From: Tubulanus polymorphus
Lineage: Eukaryota; Animalia; Nemertea
DNA length: 64,000 bases
NCBI RefSeq assembly: GCF_964204645.1
Contig: NC_134035.1
Coordinates: 3,100,001 to 3,164,000, forward strand
Direction: 5' to 3'
Below, one piece after another: positions 37,691 to 50,895 of this stretch; position 1 is the first letter of the stretch; every line of letters begins with the position of its first letter. The translations under genes were made by a program, and so were the position numbers. Under the pieces are notes generated by a model. The model was not told the origin of the DNA, did no database searches, and was given only the letters and a program-made list of their open reading frames with translations.

Positions 37691-39420
37691 GTAAGTATCG
37701 GTGTGATTCGCACTGGGAAATCGAATATTCTAGACAAATACTCAGCCGTGTAGTATTTCAAATTGAAACAAGAAACCTAACTTGTAAGTTAATTGACGCT
37801 CTGAAAAATGATGCATATTATATTGCCTAATATTGTCGACAATAAATGATGTAATATAGACTATATGAAATTTAGGATCAAAAACGTTATTTTCGGATTG
37901 AATATATCGATAATTGAATTGAATTGACCGGCAACCAGTCTAGCCCCGATGTATTGATGACGTAGTGCACATCCTCTCAAAAAATAACTATTAAAATCTA
38001 TCAAAAATTAATTTGGAGTTATGATTACACGGTTTTTAAGGCGTCATGAAATCAGTATTTCATATGAAGTTCAAGAGTGTATTCGTGCGCGGCGCGTTCG
38101 TTTATAGCCAAAAGCACATCAATATTCACGTCAAAACACATTTGTTCATCAAAGCTTTTAGATAAACTAGTTTTAGTTTTTCACGTAAAAGCAATGAGCA
38201 TGTTTTATATATTGTATATACATGATTCTTAGGCTGAATAGACTATCATTATCAAGTGTATTCTTTGGCAAAAAAAAAATCATTGTTGTTGAAAAGCTGT
38301 CCCAAATAGATGATATAATATATTGATATAATTCAGAAGAATAGATTTTGTATATCACCAATTGTCGGTGTTTGATTTTGTTTATCAACTTCTATAACTG
38401 CGAATTCATCAGTCTCTTCCAGTCAGGTCCTTCGCTTAACGATGAAACATATTACAAAATCATAGTTCACTTTATTCGGCAATTCGAAGCGAATTGGGGA
38501 AATCCCACAACCAATGATTACATTCGAGTGCCTCTTCACGCGAAGTGCTAAAAAATCTGAAGAATGACACGAACAATTCAAGTCGATTTTTGGGACTTTT
38601 GGGATGTCCTATGAGGAAATATCACAAGTACACTAAATCGAAAAGGTTTGGTGATAAGGAGGGAGGGATGATGAAGTACCTTGTCCATTAAACAGCCGTT
38701 CTATCGTTATTCTACTTGCTTCCTCGGGCGCGATTCCTAGAACGTTCATTTTCTAAGAAAGTGCGCTTTTTTTTCTTTTAAATTTGACCCTGGAACTACC
38801 ACTGCTATAACCATCTAAATACAGTCATTATGCGGTTATTGATAAACAGAACAGCATTTAGAAATTTCGTGAACCGAGACGCAAATATTAATATTGCTCG
38901 ACTTTCGAGAGGTTGTTCTGGGAGAAAAACTGTGTTGACGCCGAGAATTCTACCTCTTTGATAGACACCGTGCGGTTCTCGACCGCAATAGCACGCGCGC
39001 TATCAAATAAGTGGCACGACCCCGGCAAGTCAGGCTCGTGTACGGCCACGCGCCCAGGGTATCAATAGTGATTTCATTGTCGTTTTATCAAAATAAATAC
39101 CCGATTGTCATTATATCGTCTGACGCGTGCGCGTGCGCAGTGACGAGGGCGTGAGTGTAGAGCTCCGACCGCATCAGTTGTTGACACTTCGAATCAGTTC
39201 GTCCCGTAACGAGCAACGAACTAGGAAATAGTTAACGTCGATCTTTCCTGTTCAACTCTGAAATACTTCCCGAGTTTTTCTAAAAGCCTTTTGTTCGCCA
39301 GGCTTCATCGACAACACTGAACCCCTGGCGGCTTCTGATCAGGAATTGCAATTATCTTTTTTTGAAATTTACAATTTCTTCCGCATTTCAAACGTTCATA
39401 AATCAATATATACATATGAA

Positions 39421-42400
39421 ATGGAAGTTTTCGCCAGTGGACCGTACCACCACCACCATCCGCCGGAGTTGATTTGGAGTCCGAGCGTCGCGGCCGAGGT
39501 GGATTATAACTTACACCAGGTAAAGCATATTTTCGCCTCAAAGATTAGGTAGAAAGTTCTAACTCGACGATTTCGTCTCAGAGATCTTCTATACAGATTC
39601 GACAACTGTTCATCTTTAGATAGGAATAGTTGTCACTCTTATGGCATGTGTTGGGTTGATTTTCACTATTTTCACGGGGGGTTTTCGATTTTGAAATCGG
39701 TTATCGAAGTAGAGAAGTTCACTGATCGGTCTTACGATATTTACAGCATTTTCTATATTCAAATCGAAGAATTCTAATCGGAAATTGCGTTTTCGCTTCG
39801 AATAAGGTTTCAGGAAAAAGGTGGGAAAAGCGACAACCTCTTCCCAGAAAAAAAAACTTTTTAGAACATTTATTTCGTTGAATTTGCGATTCCTGGAATA
39901 TTCGGATACGTAGTTTAGAACTCAAGCTTCAAGATTAATTTTCCTAATTCGTTCAAAAATTTGAGTAATTCGTGAGCATTCGCAAGTGCAAGAAATTCAA
40001 CTTAAGTCAAGTCCCGCAGTTGATATGAACGTACACGGAAAGATAAATCGGGATCGCGTTATTCTTTCGTTTAATTCGGATCGGAAATATTTTCAGGCCG
40101 AATGGGACGCGAGGACCGGATACGAGGAAATCGTCGGATCGACGTGTGACGCGATCAGCGACGAATCGTCTTACCCGGTCGCGGACAGCGAGACGTCGAT
40201 TCGTTCTCTGAGAAAGATCAACAACAATAACAATAACGATGAAGACGACGAAAATAGCTATTACTACCAAAAACAATTATTACAAGAACACGAAAAAACG
40301 TACATAACGTTAGAATCGAGGAAGATCAAGCAAGAAATAGGTAAGATTTTGTTATGAACGATTTCATTCCTATATAGCAGGCTCTTCTTACTAAGCCGCT
40401 TAATGTAGCTTTGAATGCAACACCTTAAAATACTGATATATCGATGCTATCGTCGTCAGCTAAGAAACCGATGATGTCTAGAGAGTGTCCGTATGAAATG
40501 TCCAAAATATTGAATGCCATTGCAGATTTCGAATAATATGAATGAATATAGGAATTTATCAAAACGTACGGCGTGAGGGCCATAGGTGGGTGAATGGCAC
40601 TGAAAGGGAATGAAATAAGGGAATTTATAACATATCAATGCTATATTTCCCTTTTTGATATTGTTTGTGAACAATCGCTAAGATTTCATAATGAACGATC
40701 TCGTTTCTATATAGCGGGCTCTCTTTACTTAAACGCTCGATGTAGCTTTAAATACAACCATTCGAATACTTATGTTTCTCTTTTTGATATATTTCTTGAC
40801 AATCGGTTTCATAATGAACGATCACATTTCTATAGCAGGCTATTTTTCGTCCCAAGCGCTTCACGTTAGCAGCTCATGATCTTGTAAAATCAATCCCTTT
40901 TCTATTCAAACAGCCAAAGCTTTATAAAAACAACAAGCTTCAGTTGAAGTAATAAGTCAATGCATTTCGATAAACTCATTACTTACGCGAAGCTTATTGC
41001 TTTTATATAACTTTGGCTGTTCAATCATTTGAACTTTCTACCGAAAATGTACTGTTCCATTGATATTTTGAACAATTTCTTCGATATACAACTGTGCAGG
41101 GAGCCAGCTAAGTTTTGAGGAACATTTTTTCGGGGTGGACTGAAACCAACTCCGGTTATAGGAGAAATCAGAAAATTTCAATCAGATTTCGTAATAGAGT
41201 CGATTTGTCGTAGTTTCAGATGATTATAGTCACGCGTCACCGGAATCCGGATTCGATCCTAACAACTTCCAACCCGACTTATGGACGGACTCGCAAGTGA
41301 TCGGATTTCTGTACCACGTAGGCAAACAGATGGGTTGGAATATGAAGGGTTTTCTGGGCGAGAACTTCCAGGGAGTGTCCGGACTGCAATTGTTTCAAAT
41401 GACCGAAGTGGAGATGATCTCTCGGGAGCCGCGCTACGGCGCGCTCATGTATAAGTTCATCAGCGATTTTTTCAAAGGAAAATGTAAGTTCAGTTTTTCC
41501 CTTCAATCGAACGAACTATTATATAGTGTGCGTGCGACGTCACAGCGCGTCATATCGGACGCTAGAGGCAAGGATTTAAACTACTGAAGTCCAGTTAGTC
41601 GAATGTCCGATATGACGCGTGCTTTTGCTTAACGTCGTTCGTATGTTGGTTTCCCACGATTGACAATATATTGGATTGTCCATTAACCCTAACGACTGGA
41701 CTGCGACTTGTTGACTGCACCGCAGCAGAACTCGCTTGTCACTCAGTGACGGCATCATGCCTTATTCCGCCGAAAATTTTCAAAGTGGATTTGAAGACTG
41801 AGACACAGATGGAGACTCTCTTATGAGGTCGAGATCACATTCACGTAACGTCCTAAGCGATACATGCTATAAAAATGATCCCTAAAAATATGATCTACGA
41901 GGTATTTCATTCCGAAGAGTAGGAGCTGAATAGTAAAATGACCTCCATCCAATAACCTTTTCGACTTTTATACTTCTATTACTGACAGAATTGTAAAACA
42001 ATTCTTACCACGATGAAGCTCAGAAAGCTGAACTATAAACTACATCTCTTGACATGATATCTTGAATGGCCGTCAGTCATAAATTTCACAGCTGTATTAA
42101 ATAAACCGGTTTACATAAATAACTTCACCTACACCGCGTACATGGAAATTACACCTCCGCCCAAAATAACACTCGGCACGTTTCGATTGGTCTCTACCGA
42201 TCCCGGAATTCTCTTCTGCGGCGCGATCGTTTCTCTACCTATTACGGAATCGCGGAAAATCTGTAAACCTGATAGACGCAGCCGGTATAGAGAGTTTCTA
42301 ATCCGGATTCGATATTCTTGAACTGGAATATACGACCGATCGAAACCCCTGCCTAAACGAATAGGCCGTAGGTAGTAGGTGGATTTGCTAATGAACTGAT

Positions 42401-45400
42401 ATCAGCGAAAATCCAAAGTTTATCGATCGAAAACATTTACAATGATTTAATACGCTATGTTCTGCGCATTTCAAGAAACTCGATTCATATTCCATGCACA
42501 CACCATTCATAAATCTATCATTTTGACTGTTTCGTTTCAGCAAGTAGTGATTGCTCGTATACATACACGTCAGCTGACGAATCGTCGCAGACGTCGCCAA
42601 GTAGTTTCTCGAATACGTGTGATTATTCAAAATTATCCGGTAAGTTTTGTCTCTTCGATTTAGTAGTTAGTTTATTTTCATTTTCGATGATCATTCGTGG
42701 ACTTTAAAAGCGAATTAGAGTCCATGAACGTTCTTAAAAGTAGCGATCGAGTTAGCGAAAACCCACGATACACAAATCTAAACAACCTGTTTTATTCCTC
42801 ACGTTTCGGCCGGAATAATTCCGCACATCTTCAGGGTTTATTTGAAATTTTTTTTCGAATTTAGAAATTCTTATTTTCTCTGTGAAGATGGGTGGAAGGA
42901 TTCCACCCGGAACGTAAGGAATAAAACAATAGCAGTTGTTTAGATTCATATTTTTGGTTTCGCCCAATGATAGTCAGAACGGTTATAATCTCAACTATTT
43001 ACAACCATGATACCCAATAGTTTCAAGTATCCGATATACGTCGAATAGTTATCATTAACTATTATTGCTGATAGGCATTAACGAGTGGTTGATAGTTTGA
43101 ATATATTCAGAATAAAACCTAACCCGAAGTTCTGTTGATTGAGGGAGGGCTATTCAGCTTTGATAGAACAGGGTTCCCTAACTTTACTGATCTAGATTAA
43201 AGAAACTTTATCTAAAATTGCGTCTGCTGACTGAATTAGTCCTGACAACGAGCACGTCAAAATGAGTTTTAATTTATAGCTAGGGGTCGAAATTGATACT
43301 TCGAAATACAACGAGCCAAACCAACCAGCGTCGAATTCAAAGTTTTAAAACAAACGACCGCTATTTTCTGTACGATAACAATATCATAATAGGTTTAGAA
43401 ATGTAACGACCCTCATCGGATGCTGGCGAAACAAGATAATGATCAGTGCGCCATTCTATTGAAATTGTTTTCAAACAATTCTATTTATGGTGTTTGTATA
43501 TCTAACGCGAGTCGAATTATCTGTAATTATGTTTACCACATGCACAGCGACGTCATTGAAATCCATTCAAAAGCCCTTTTCAAATTGCGGCGAAATTGGT
43601 CTTTTTTTTGTATGTGGCAATTTCGATAAAATGAAGTCTCCCCTCTCATTATTTATCATTGGTTTGTATATTAAGTACATATATATGAATTCATATATGA
43701 TGATAAAAGCTTGCACGTGATGTGGCAAAAATACTGTTATAAAATATCATGGTATTTAAGAGCGAAGATGAAAGTTCATGCGCCCTTTTCATCTAAGATC
43801 TATATTGTAATTGTCATCGGCATAATACCGTTCAAACTGCCTGGATCGGCCGATGTTGGCTCAAATTTGTTAAACTAAGAATTAAATTATACCGCGTTCA
43901 AGTTGTTTGACGACTTTCCATATGAATACTTGGAAAGAAGTCCCCGCTTTAAAGATGAAAGTTGATAATCATAATGCGCCCTCTTCACCCAAGATCAGTT
44001 TATTGCCATTATCATTGGGAAAATACTCGAATCCAGTTCCACAGTTGCGAGTTCGAGTTAACGCTGAGTTATAGTTCATTTTCAGTCAAATTCGAACTAA
44101 AAGCTGTGGAATTGGTTCCAGGTTAGTAGCAACCTATATGATCCTATGTTGTCACCTCAACTCTGTAGGGGAAAAAGATTTTAAAACTTGAGAATTTCTG
44201 TGATATCATGTTCAAGTTAATGAAAATTTGTATATGAAATATTTGAAGTCAGTATCGTGCTGTTCGGGGATCGAGTTTTGAGTTAGGAATTAACTTCGAG
44301 TTAAAATCAAACCGCTTTCAATGTTCACGTAACTCTGAGTCGAACCTCAAGAACCTCCTGAGTCGAACTGTGGGTTCAGAATTCAGAATCCAAGCTACAC
44401 TACTATAATGATAAGATAATGATGATAATAATAATTGTCATAAAATAGCGCAGGCATCCAAACCAGAGTCGGTTCAAATGCGCTCCAAATTTGGTATTAT
44501 TACCCCCAGCCTATACTATTAGACATAAATTGATTGATGATTTGGTTATGGTAAACTGTACGTGTTTTGCAGAAGAACCGATAAGCGTTTTGATCAACGG
44601 GCACAAATACGACTTCGACGCCGATCCCAACTCCTTGAATCAGCCATTCACCGGACATTTCTTCAGTTGTATCGGTGGCGGCGCTGCCGAACATCAACGA
44701 CATCTCTACGAGTACGAACAGAAATTTGATCCGCGATCGATCGAGGGACAATATCATCATCATTCTTATCAGCAGCATCAGCAACATCAGCATCAGCAGC
44801 ACCAGCACCAGCAGCAGCAGCAGCAACAACATCAGCAGCGGGCGTCGCTACCGTCGTTCACGTCGACGTATCAACCGATCTTATCTCGCGAATTCGCGCC
44901 CCGTTTCATGGACGACCGCATGGACGACCGCTGCGGCGACGCCATCTACGACGGCCTGTACGTAGACAGCGATGTGCTCCCCCTGGTGCCCGAAACCGTC
45001 AGTAAACGATGCAGACGCGGAAGCACGGGGTCGTCCAGTAAGGAGTCGATGTACGGCGACCACATTCCGACGTCGAAGAAAAAACCGAGCAATCGAGGCA
45101 GAAAACCGGGTCAGTGTAAGTAGTAGTTGATGATCTTAACTACGGAGTTCAATTTTGTTTCGTGAAATCCATGAAATCGGAAAAATCCGACCGGTCCAAC
45201 TAATACATATTCTTCCGAATTATCAGGCAAAGGAAATCATTTGTGGGAATTCATACGAGACCTGTTGGGCAACCCGGATTTCAATCCGAAAATCATCAAA
45301 TGGGAGGACCTGAGCGCCGGAGTGTTCCGCATTGTGCAGTCGCAGAAGGTCGCCGAAATGTGGGGCCGAAAAAAGAAAAACAGCAACATGAACTACGAGA

Positions 45401-47567
45401 AACTCAGCCGCGCTCTCAGGTGAGTTCTTCTTGAGCTTGTTCGCGTATTGCTTTATATAGCGATACTATATTCTTTCAGAAGTATCGCGTTTCTGCTTTC
45501 GGCGTGTTCCTCGCTTTAGGTTACACCGGTGGGCGACACCACCCCTGGATCTACAGCAGTTTCGCGAATCTAATCGGGCTAATTTCGAGATGAATTCGTT
45601 GAAAATGAAGAGTGTTTCGGGCAACTAATCGGAATGTGTATGTGCACGAAAATGCCAGAGAAACTTAGGATGAACGAAGAAATCCGAATGATCGTTGTTT
45701 TCTAACACATCGAAAATCTGATGAAACGTTACGCGTTGCAGATCTCAATCTTCTATCTGAAGCTAACTCCCTCAGATATTCGATGCGCATGCGTATATAT
45801 GTTCATTTATGTGCTCAGGACCTCACCTCAATCATTCTAATCTATAGATTACTTAACAAACGAACTACTAACACCAGACATTAGATATTAGAAGTTTTTA
45901 TCGGGTCACATTCAATCGTCCAGACTTAACATTGCAATTATGGTCAGAAGGTGAATTACCTGTTGCGCATTGATACCTGCATCGCCTCAAAAGACCAGGA
46001 AGATTTTGCAAGAGAGAGTTTTTTTTTCTTTATTTAATCGTCTGTTTTGATATTTTGTTTGTTAGGTTCTCGCGTACTGCTGGCTATTTTGCTGATCTTC
46101 CAAAGAATCGAAATTTCCCTAAGAAGTTATGCTTCAAATTTGGACCAAAAGCGACATTTTAGCGCAGGAATGCATGGTAGGCAAATCTAACGCTTCAAAG
46201 CAGATAAGAAATGAATGACATTGTTCAAATTCAGTGGCAGATCTAGGCCATATGTGAGATACGACAAGTGTCCTTCAAAATATGTATATATGCATAGTTA
46301 TATATAGATCAAAGTAAATCCCCAAATCAGCAATGCCCAAAAGCCTCTAATATAATGCAACAAATATGACTAGACGGAATTTTCATGTTCCAAAACACGT
46401 GCTCTACGAAGGCGGATTTAGCGTCCAAGGGTTTCGGACTATCCCCCCTCTAAATTGCGAAGCCCAGCGTAAATTATTCCTAAGTGACCAGTTTTCCGAT
46501 GAATAAAACCCAATTTACATTTGATATGCAATTTTAACCCTGGAAAGCCTTGAGAACGTCTTTACTTATTTCCATGCATGTAATTCACCCAAATCGTCAA
46601 CATTTTGCAGCATGTGAAGTTCTTCTAAGCAAATTGACCCAGCAAACATTCATTCGTTACCTAATTTGACTAGATTGACAACTAAAGCGCTTACCTTAAA
46701 TCTAGTAATTCCATCGGTCATGTTTGGTGCTTTCACAAACTCCTCTCGCGGTACTATACTCCTCTGTACTATCCCGAAAACGAACAACTTGGAGCAGGAA
46801 ATCCATCTAAAAGTTCAAATATAGTAACGTCACACTTTGTCATGCTGAAGACATGTTACATCATAGTGCATTCAGTTCGATTGGTTGTTACATTGTTCCC
46901 AGAATCCACACATATTGACCACATGTATATGTACGTCATATTGGCCTAAAATGGCAGTCAATCGTGGCATTTTACTTCAGGAGGTCGCTTATTACGCTTG
47001 ACGGCCATCGTGACTCCCGGTGGTGTCGCGTAGATAGGCGGGGTGGTTCCGAGGGGGTCTCGCATGAAATAAGGACCTACCAGAGCAACGATGGGGTCCT
47101 CTCTCCTACATATTTCCCGCTTTTACAACCATTGCTTGGATTACGGTTCGATTCTTACTGATATTTACTTCGCAAGTAAAACCCGTTATAAAGATACAGT
47201 TAAACACGGTTAAGTCGTCGTATATAGATATCGATGACTTACACCACGGAGTCCATGCTACACTTGATGTATTGGATATAGAAATACAAATTGGGACTTA
47301 AAATAGAGACGACCTGAGTCTTCGGTAATATCTCATCAGTTGACGACTTAACCGACTTTTACTGAGGGCCTTTACACGTGTATATTAGACGTTTCTATGT
47401 TTTATTGCAGGTACTATTATGACCGGGATGTTTTGAGACGGGTCGGCGGAAAGAGATTGGTTTTTCAGTTCGGCGATAAGGCACGCGACTGGCGACCGGC
47501 CATCTCCCCATCCGGCGGGCACGAAGTCGAATCTTATTTTCACTACAGACCTATCCATCCTGTCTAA
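39421..47567 (+). CDS. ESE-subfamily ETS transcription factor (EHF/ELF5/ELF3-like; PNT/SAM + ETS), canonical isoform about 532 aa
   Basis: Exons 39421-39519, 40097-40340, 41220-41483 (PNT: PDLWTDSQVIGFL..FQGVSGLQLFQMT..YGALMY), 42541-42639, 44573-45115, 45227-45419 (HLWEFIRDLL..IIKWED..GVFRIV..VAEMWGRKKKNSNMNYEKLSRALR) and 47411-47567 (YYYDRDVLRRVGGKRLVFQFGDKARDW). All phases are consistent. Confidence 0.9.
40909..41022. mobile_element. Foldback/MITE-like inverted repeat in an ETS intron
   Basis: AACAGCCAAAGCTTTATAAAAACAACAAGCTTC ... GAAGCTTATTGCTTTTATATAACTTTGGCTGTT. Confidence 0.55.
44755..44838 (+). repeat. Coding CAG/CAT/CAC repeat (poly-Gln/His)
   Basis: Encodes HHHSYQQHQQHQHQQHQHQQQQQQQHQQ in ETS exon 5. 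Confidence 0.85.
46066..46162 (+). CDS. Alternative terminal coding exon of the ETS gene (variant helix-3 end and wing)
   Basis: Polypyrimidine acceptor TTTTGTTTGTTAG, phase 2, encoding (R)FSRTAGYFADLPKNRNFPKKLCFKFGPKATF*, which parallels the canonical ...KRLVFQFGDKA. Confidence 0.75.
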
Positions 47568-50500
47568 ATATGCGCGATATTCAAGAAAGAAATTTGCTTC
47601 TCGGAGGAGCATGGCTTCGAAATGTATACATAATAAGAGGACGATATTAGGAAGAAGAGGCGTCTTTTCTTTCCTCGTTATTATCTCGCGTTCCTCGTAA
47701 AATGTAATGGATACAGTGAAAAAGAACAGATACGTCGAGGCCGAAGCGATAAAGATGCATTTATTCTGTATAAAACACGTACGAATATACTAGAAAAGAT
47801 TTATTTTTGTATCGGAACTGAAGTTCACGAATTAACGCTTCACGTAATTGTAGGGCATTATAGCGTATAGGTACTTCACTCATAAAAGGATCTGCTTTTA
47901 ACATATTTTTGTATAGTTTACTACGGTCTATTTTGATATATCATAAGTATAATTGGTATCAAAGGTGCTTCTTGTGTAAGCTCGATATTTGCTAAAGCTG
48001 TTTTGTAAAAAGACGTTTTGAATAGCCTTGCAGTAGTTTTCGCGCGGGCTGCAGTAGTTAAATCTTTTCAAAAACTATTTAGAAATTTCAGTTTTTCCCA
48101 AAAAGCAAATTTGATCTTCTTAAATCCGATTACGTAAAACTTAACTGCGTAACTAAATCGGGGGATACCACCAATAACCATTTCGAGTTCAATGTACGTA
48201 TAGTCGGTAGTTTGAGACAAAAGTTATCATATTAACATGTAGTTTTATGTACATACGATTTCTTATTCAAGCTTTCTTTTTTTAATGCTTATTTGCGAAC
48301 GACCGTGTCACCGTATTATATAGTGTCAACCGAGTCACGCGCAGCACGCCGTGCTTTGTGTACGTACACACGCGGTGTGACCGCTTTTTCACGAATTCTA
48401 AAGATGCCATTGTGCATTGGCGAGGGATTTCCCCGAGGAATGCGCCCCGTTTTAGTATTACTCACCTGTAAATAACGATGTTCAACGCAATAAAAAGATG
48501 TACAGAATTTCTATTATATACTTTATATAGATGCTTTTATTTTAATATTGATAAAATGTAAATAGAAAATCCGTCGATGATAATAATATGAAAGAGAAAT
48601 AAACGCGAACTTAAAAAGTCAATCGAAATTGTCCGTTTCCGTTTACGTGTAGGGCTGTTCTTCCTAAGAAAAGACGAAGTTGGAGATAGTAGAGAAGATT
48701 TGAAGGGGCAGCGAAGTATTTCTAAAACCACCTAAACCCATTCTTCCGATTGCATCGGCGGTAATTCTGTTTCACGCGGACGAATCTCTTGAGGATTTGA
48801 CTTAGAAAATTTTTTTTAAATAATTAATGGAGACATCTATTTTGGATTTCATTTGAACCAATACTTTTATTTCACATCTATTCAACTATATAAGAAAAAA
48901 AATCTCAAGGTGGATTTCCCCTTTAAGACAGACATTAATCAGGACCCAGTTCCACAGTTCTGTGTCAAGTTAGTTGTGAATAAGATTTTTGAGTTTTCCA
49001 TTCAATCCAGTAAGGTTCAGCGTTTATATTTTCCGAAATGCCCTGCATTCACTTCGAGCACTGTACATATTTCACACATTATGAATGGTATCTTCTCGTT
49101 AAAACGTACATTCATGTTTTTCATGAACCCGCATGACTCAAACTATTCAAACCAACCCGAACAACAACACCTATTGATATTAGAAACACTGAATAAATTC
49201 GGGAAATACCACTCATTTCCTCTCATAACGGTCAATCGATTTTTTTCAAAAATTCAAAAATTATCAACGCTGAATAGATATATCATTTCATACATAGTGG
49301 TCTAAATGCGGCTTTATTGTAGGGAGTGTTTAATACAATGCATAGAAATGATATAGTTAGGCTTTTAAAAGCATCATTATACGTGTTGATATGAACATAC
49401 GCAAAAATGAGAGAGCCATAGATGTAAACGCGCCTACGCAGAGTCGCAAATTTTTGGTATGCAATAACTCTTACGTCTGAATGTCCTCACATTAACCCTC
49501 TCAGCTATTCGGTCTAGTAGACTTCGCTTAAGTCGGATCTTTTGGGACCGAAAACATGCGTCCGACCTAAGTGATATCCGAGTAGGATGTTATATATTTC
49601 AATATTTGGTGTAACAACAACAAATATTTCAAAACATGTCCGAGTTGTTGCAGTGAACGGTTAGAGTTGTGGGTGGAGTCCAATTATCCTTGAATTAATC
49701 ATTCGAATGCAAGTAATTACTGCAAGGTATATCAATGATTCATCAGCACGCTGTCAAAAACTGATGGTGCACCTTAACACATGTGATAAGTGCTTCACCT
49801 GAGACTTTCTAATTGAAACTGATGAACTACAAACATTAGACTATAGATTATACGTCCTTATGTGAGATTATTATAGACCAGTTGTCGTCTGCAAATCAAA
49901 TCATCTTCCTTGAAATAGACGGGGCTGTTTACGGCACCAAAAGAAATTCATTAGTTCATGCTAGCAGTTGTTGGATTAATTGTCAAACCAATGTACTACA
50001 ATGAAATCATGTAATGGAATGTATTGGAAATTGTGCAATTTGAAATTGTGTGTATCGGATATTCCATGTAAAAAGACAAATCAACTAGAAACACGTCCAT
50101 CAGTCGTTTCAAAGGCTACAGCGACTGCTCGCGAATAGTCTGTCGCACGGGCGGATCCGGGATACAAAGAAATGGATCCAGAATACAAAGAAATAAAAAC
50201 GGCGAACAGTTAGAAAGGGCAAGTTTTCACGTAGAACGAAAAGCCAAAATTCCAGTGCATTTGCATACAACTTTATTAGCCACTTGAACATTAAAGAGAA
50301 TACAAGCTAAATCTTGCGCTACACGCACTGATGCTGTCTTGTTAGTTGTGAGTGGAAAAAGTGCCCTGAGAAATATTGCCATTGTATATTCAAAAGGGCA
50401 CAGGAGAATATTGGGACGGTAGCACGCGCTGCTTGTCTGGATCCGACCCGAAAGATGGAGTTCTCACTGGGACTTTCGTGAATAAAGTAAATAGGTGATG

Positions 50501-50895
50501 AAAAAATACAGCAAAAAGTCCTTTATAATGCCACTATTGGGGTGGATGAAAAGCGATGGCGTTTAATGAATTTCGCAGCAATATAAAGAATGGTATTTCT
50601 ATTGAATTTGAGGTTGGATCGAGCAAATTTGTTGGGTGAAAAACGTTGGCGTTAAGCGAGCAATGGCATTAAAAAGGATGGTAGTGTTATAACGAACTTC
50701 GTACTATGTTTATAACTCAAAAGTTACTACGATTTCAAAAACATACACCGACAACAAACCGCACGTAACTAATGATATTATGTGTTCATATTTTTTTTGG
50801 TTGATTTTATTGATGCTGATATGAGATATTGACAAAAAGACCACGTATCTTTTGCTGGATAACTGAACATTGAATTCGATTCGTTTTCGGTTAAA

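Noticed and set aside
48853-49305. 150-aa ORF
   Set aside because: Non-ATG start, AT-rich composition, overlaps a MITE fragment and has no recognisable motif.
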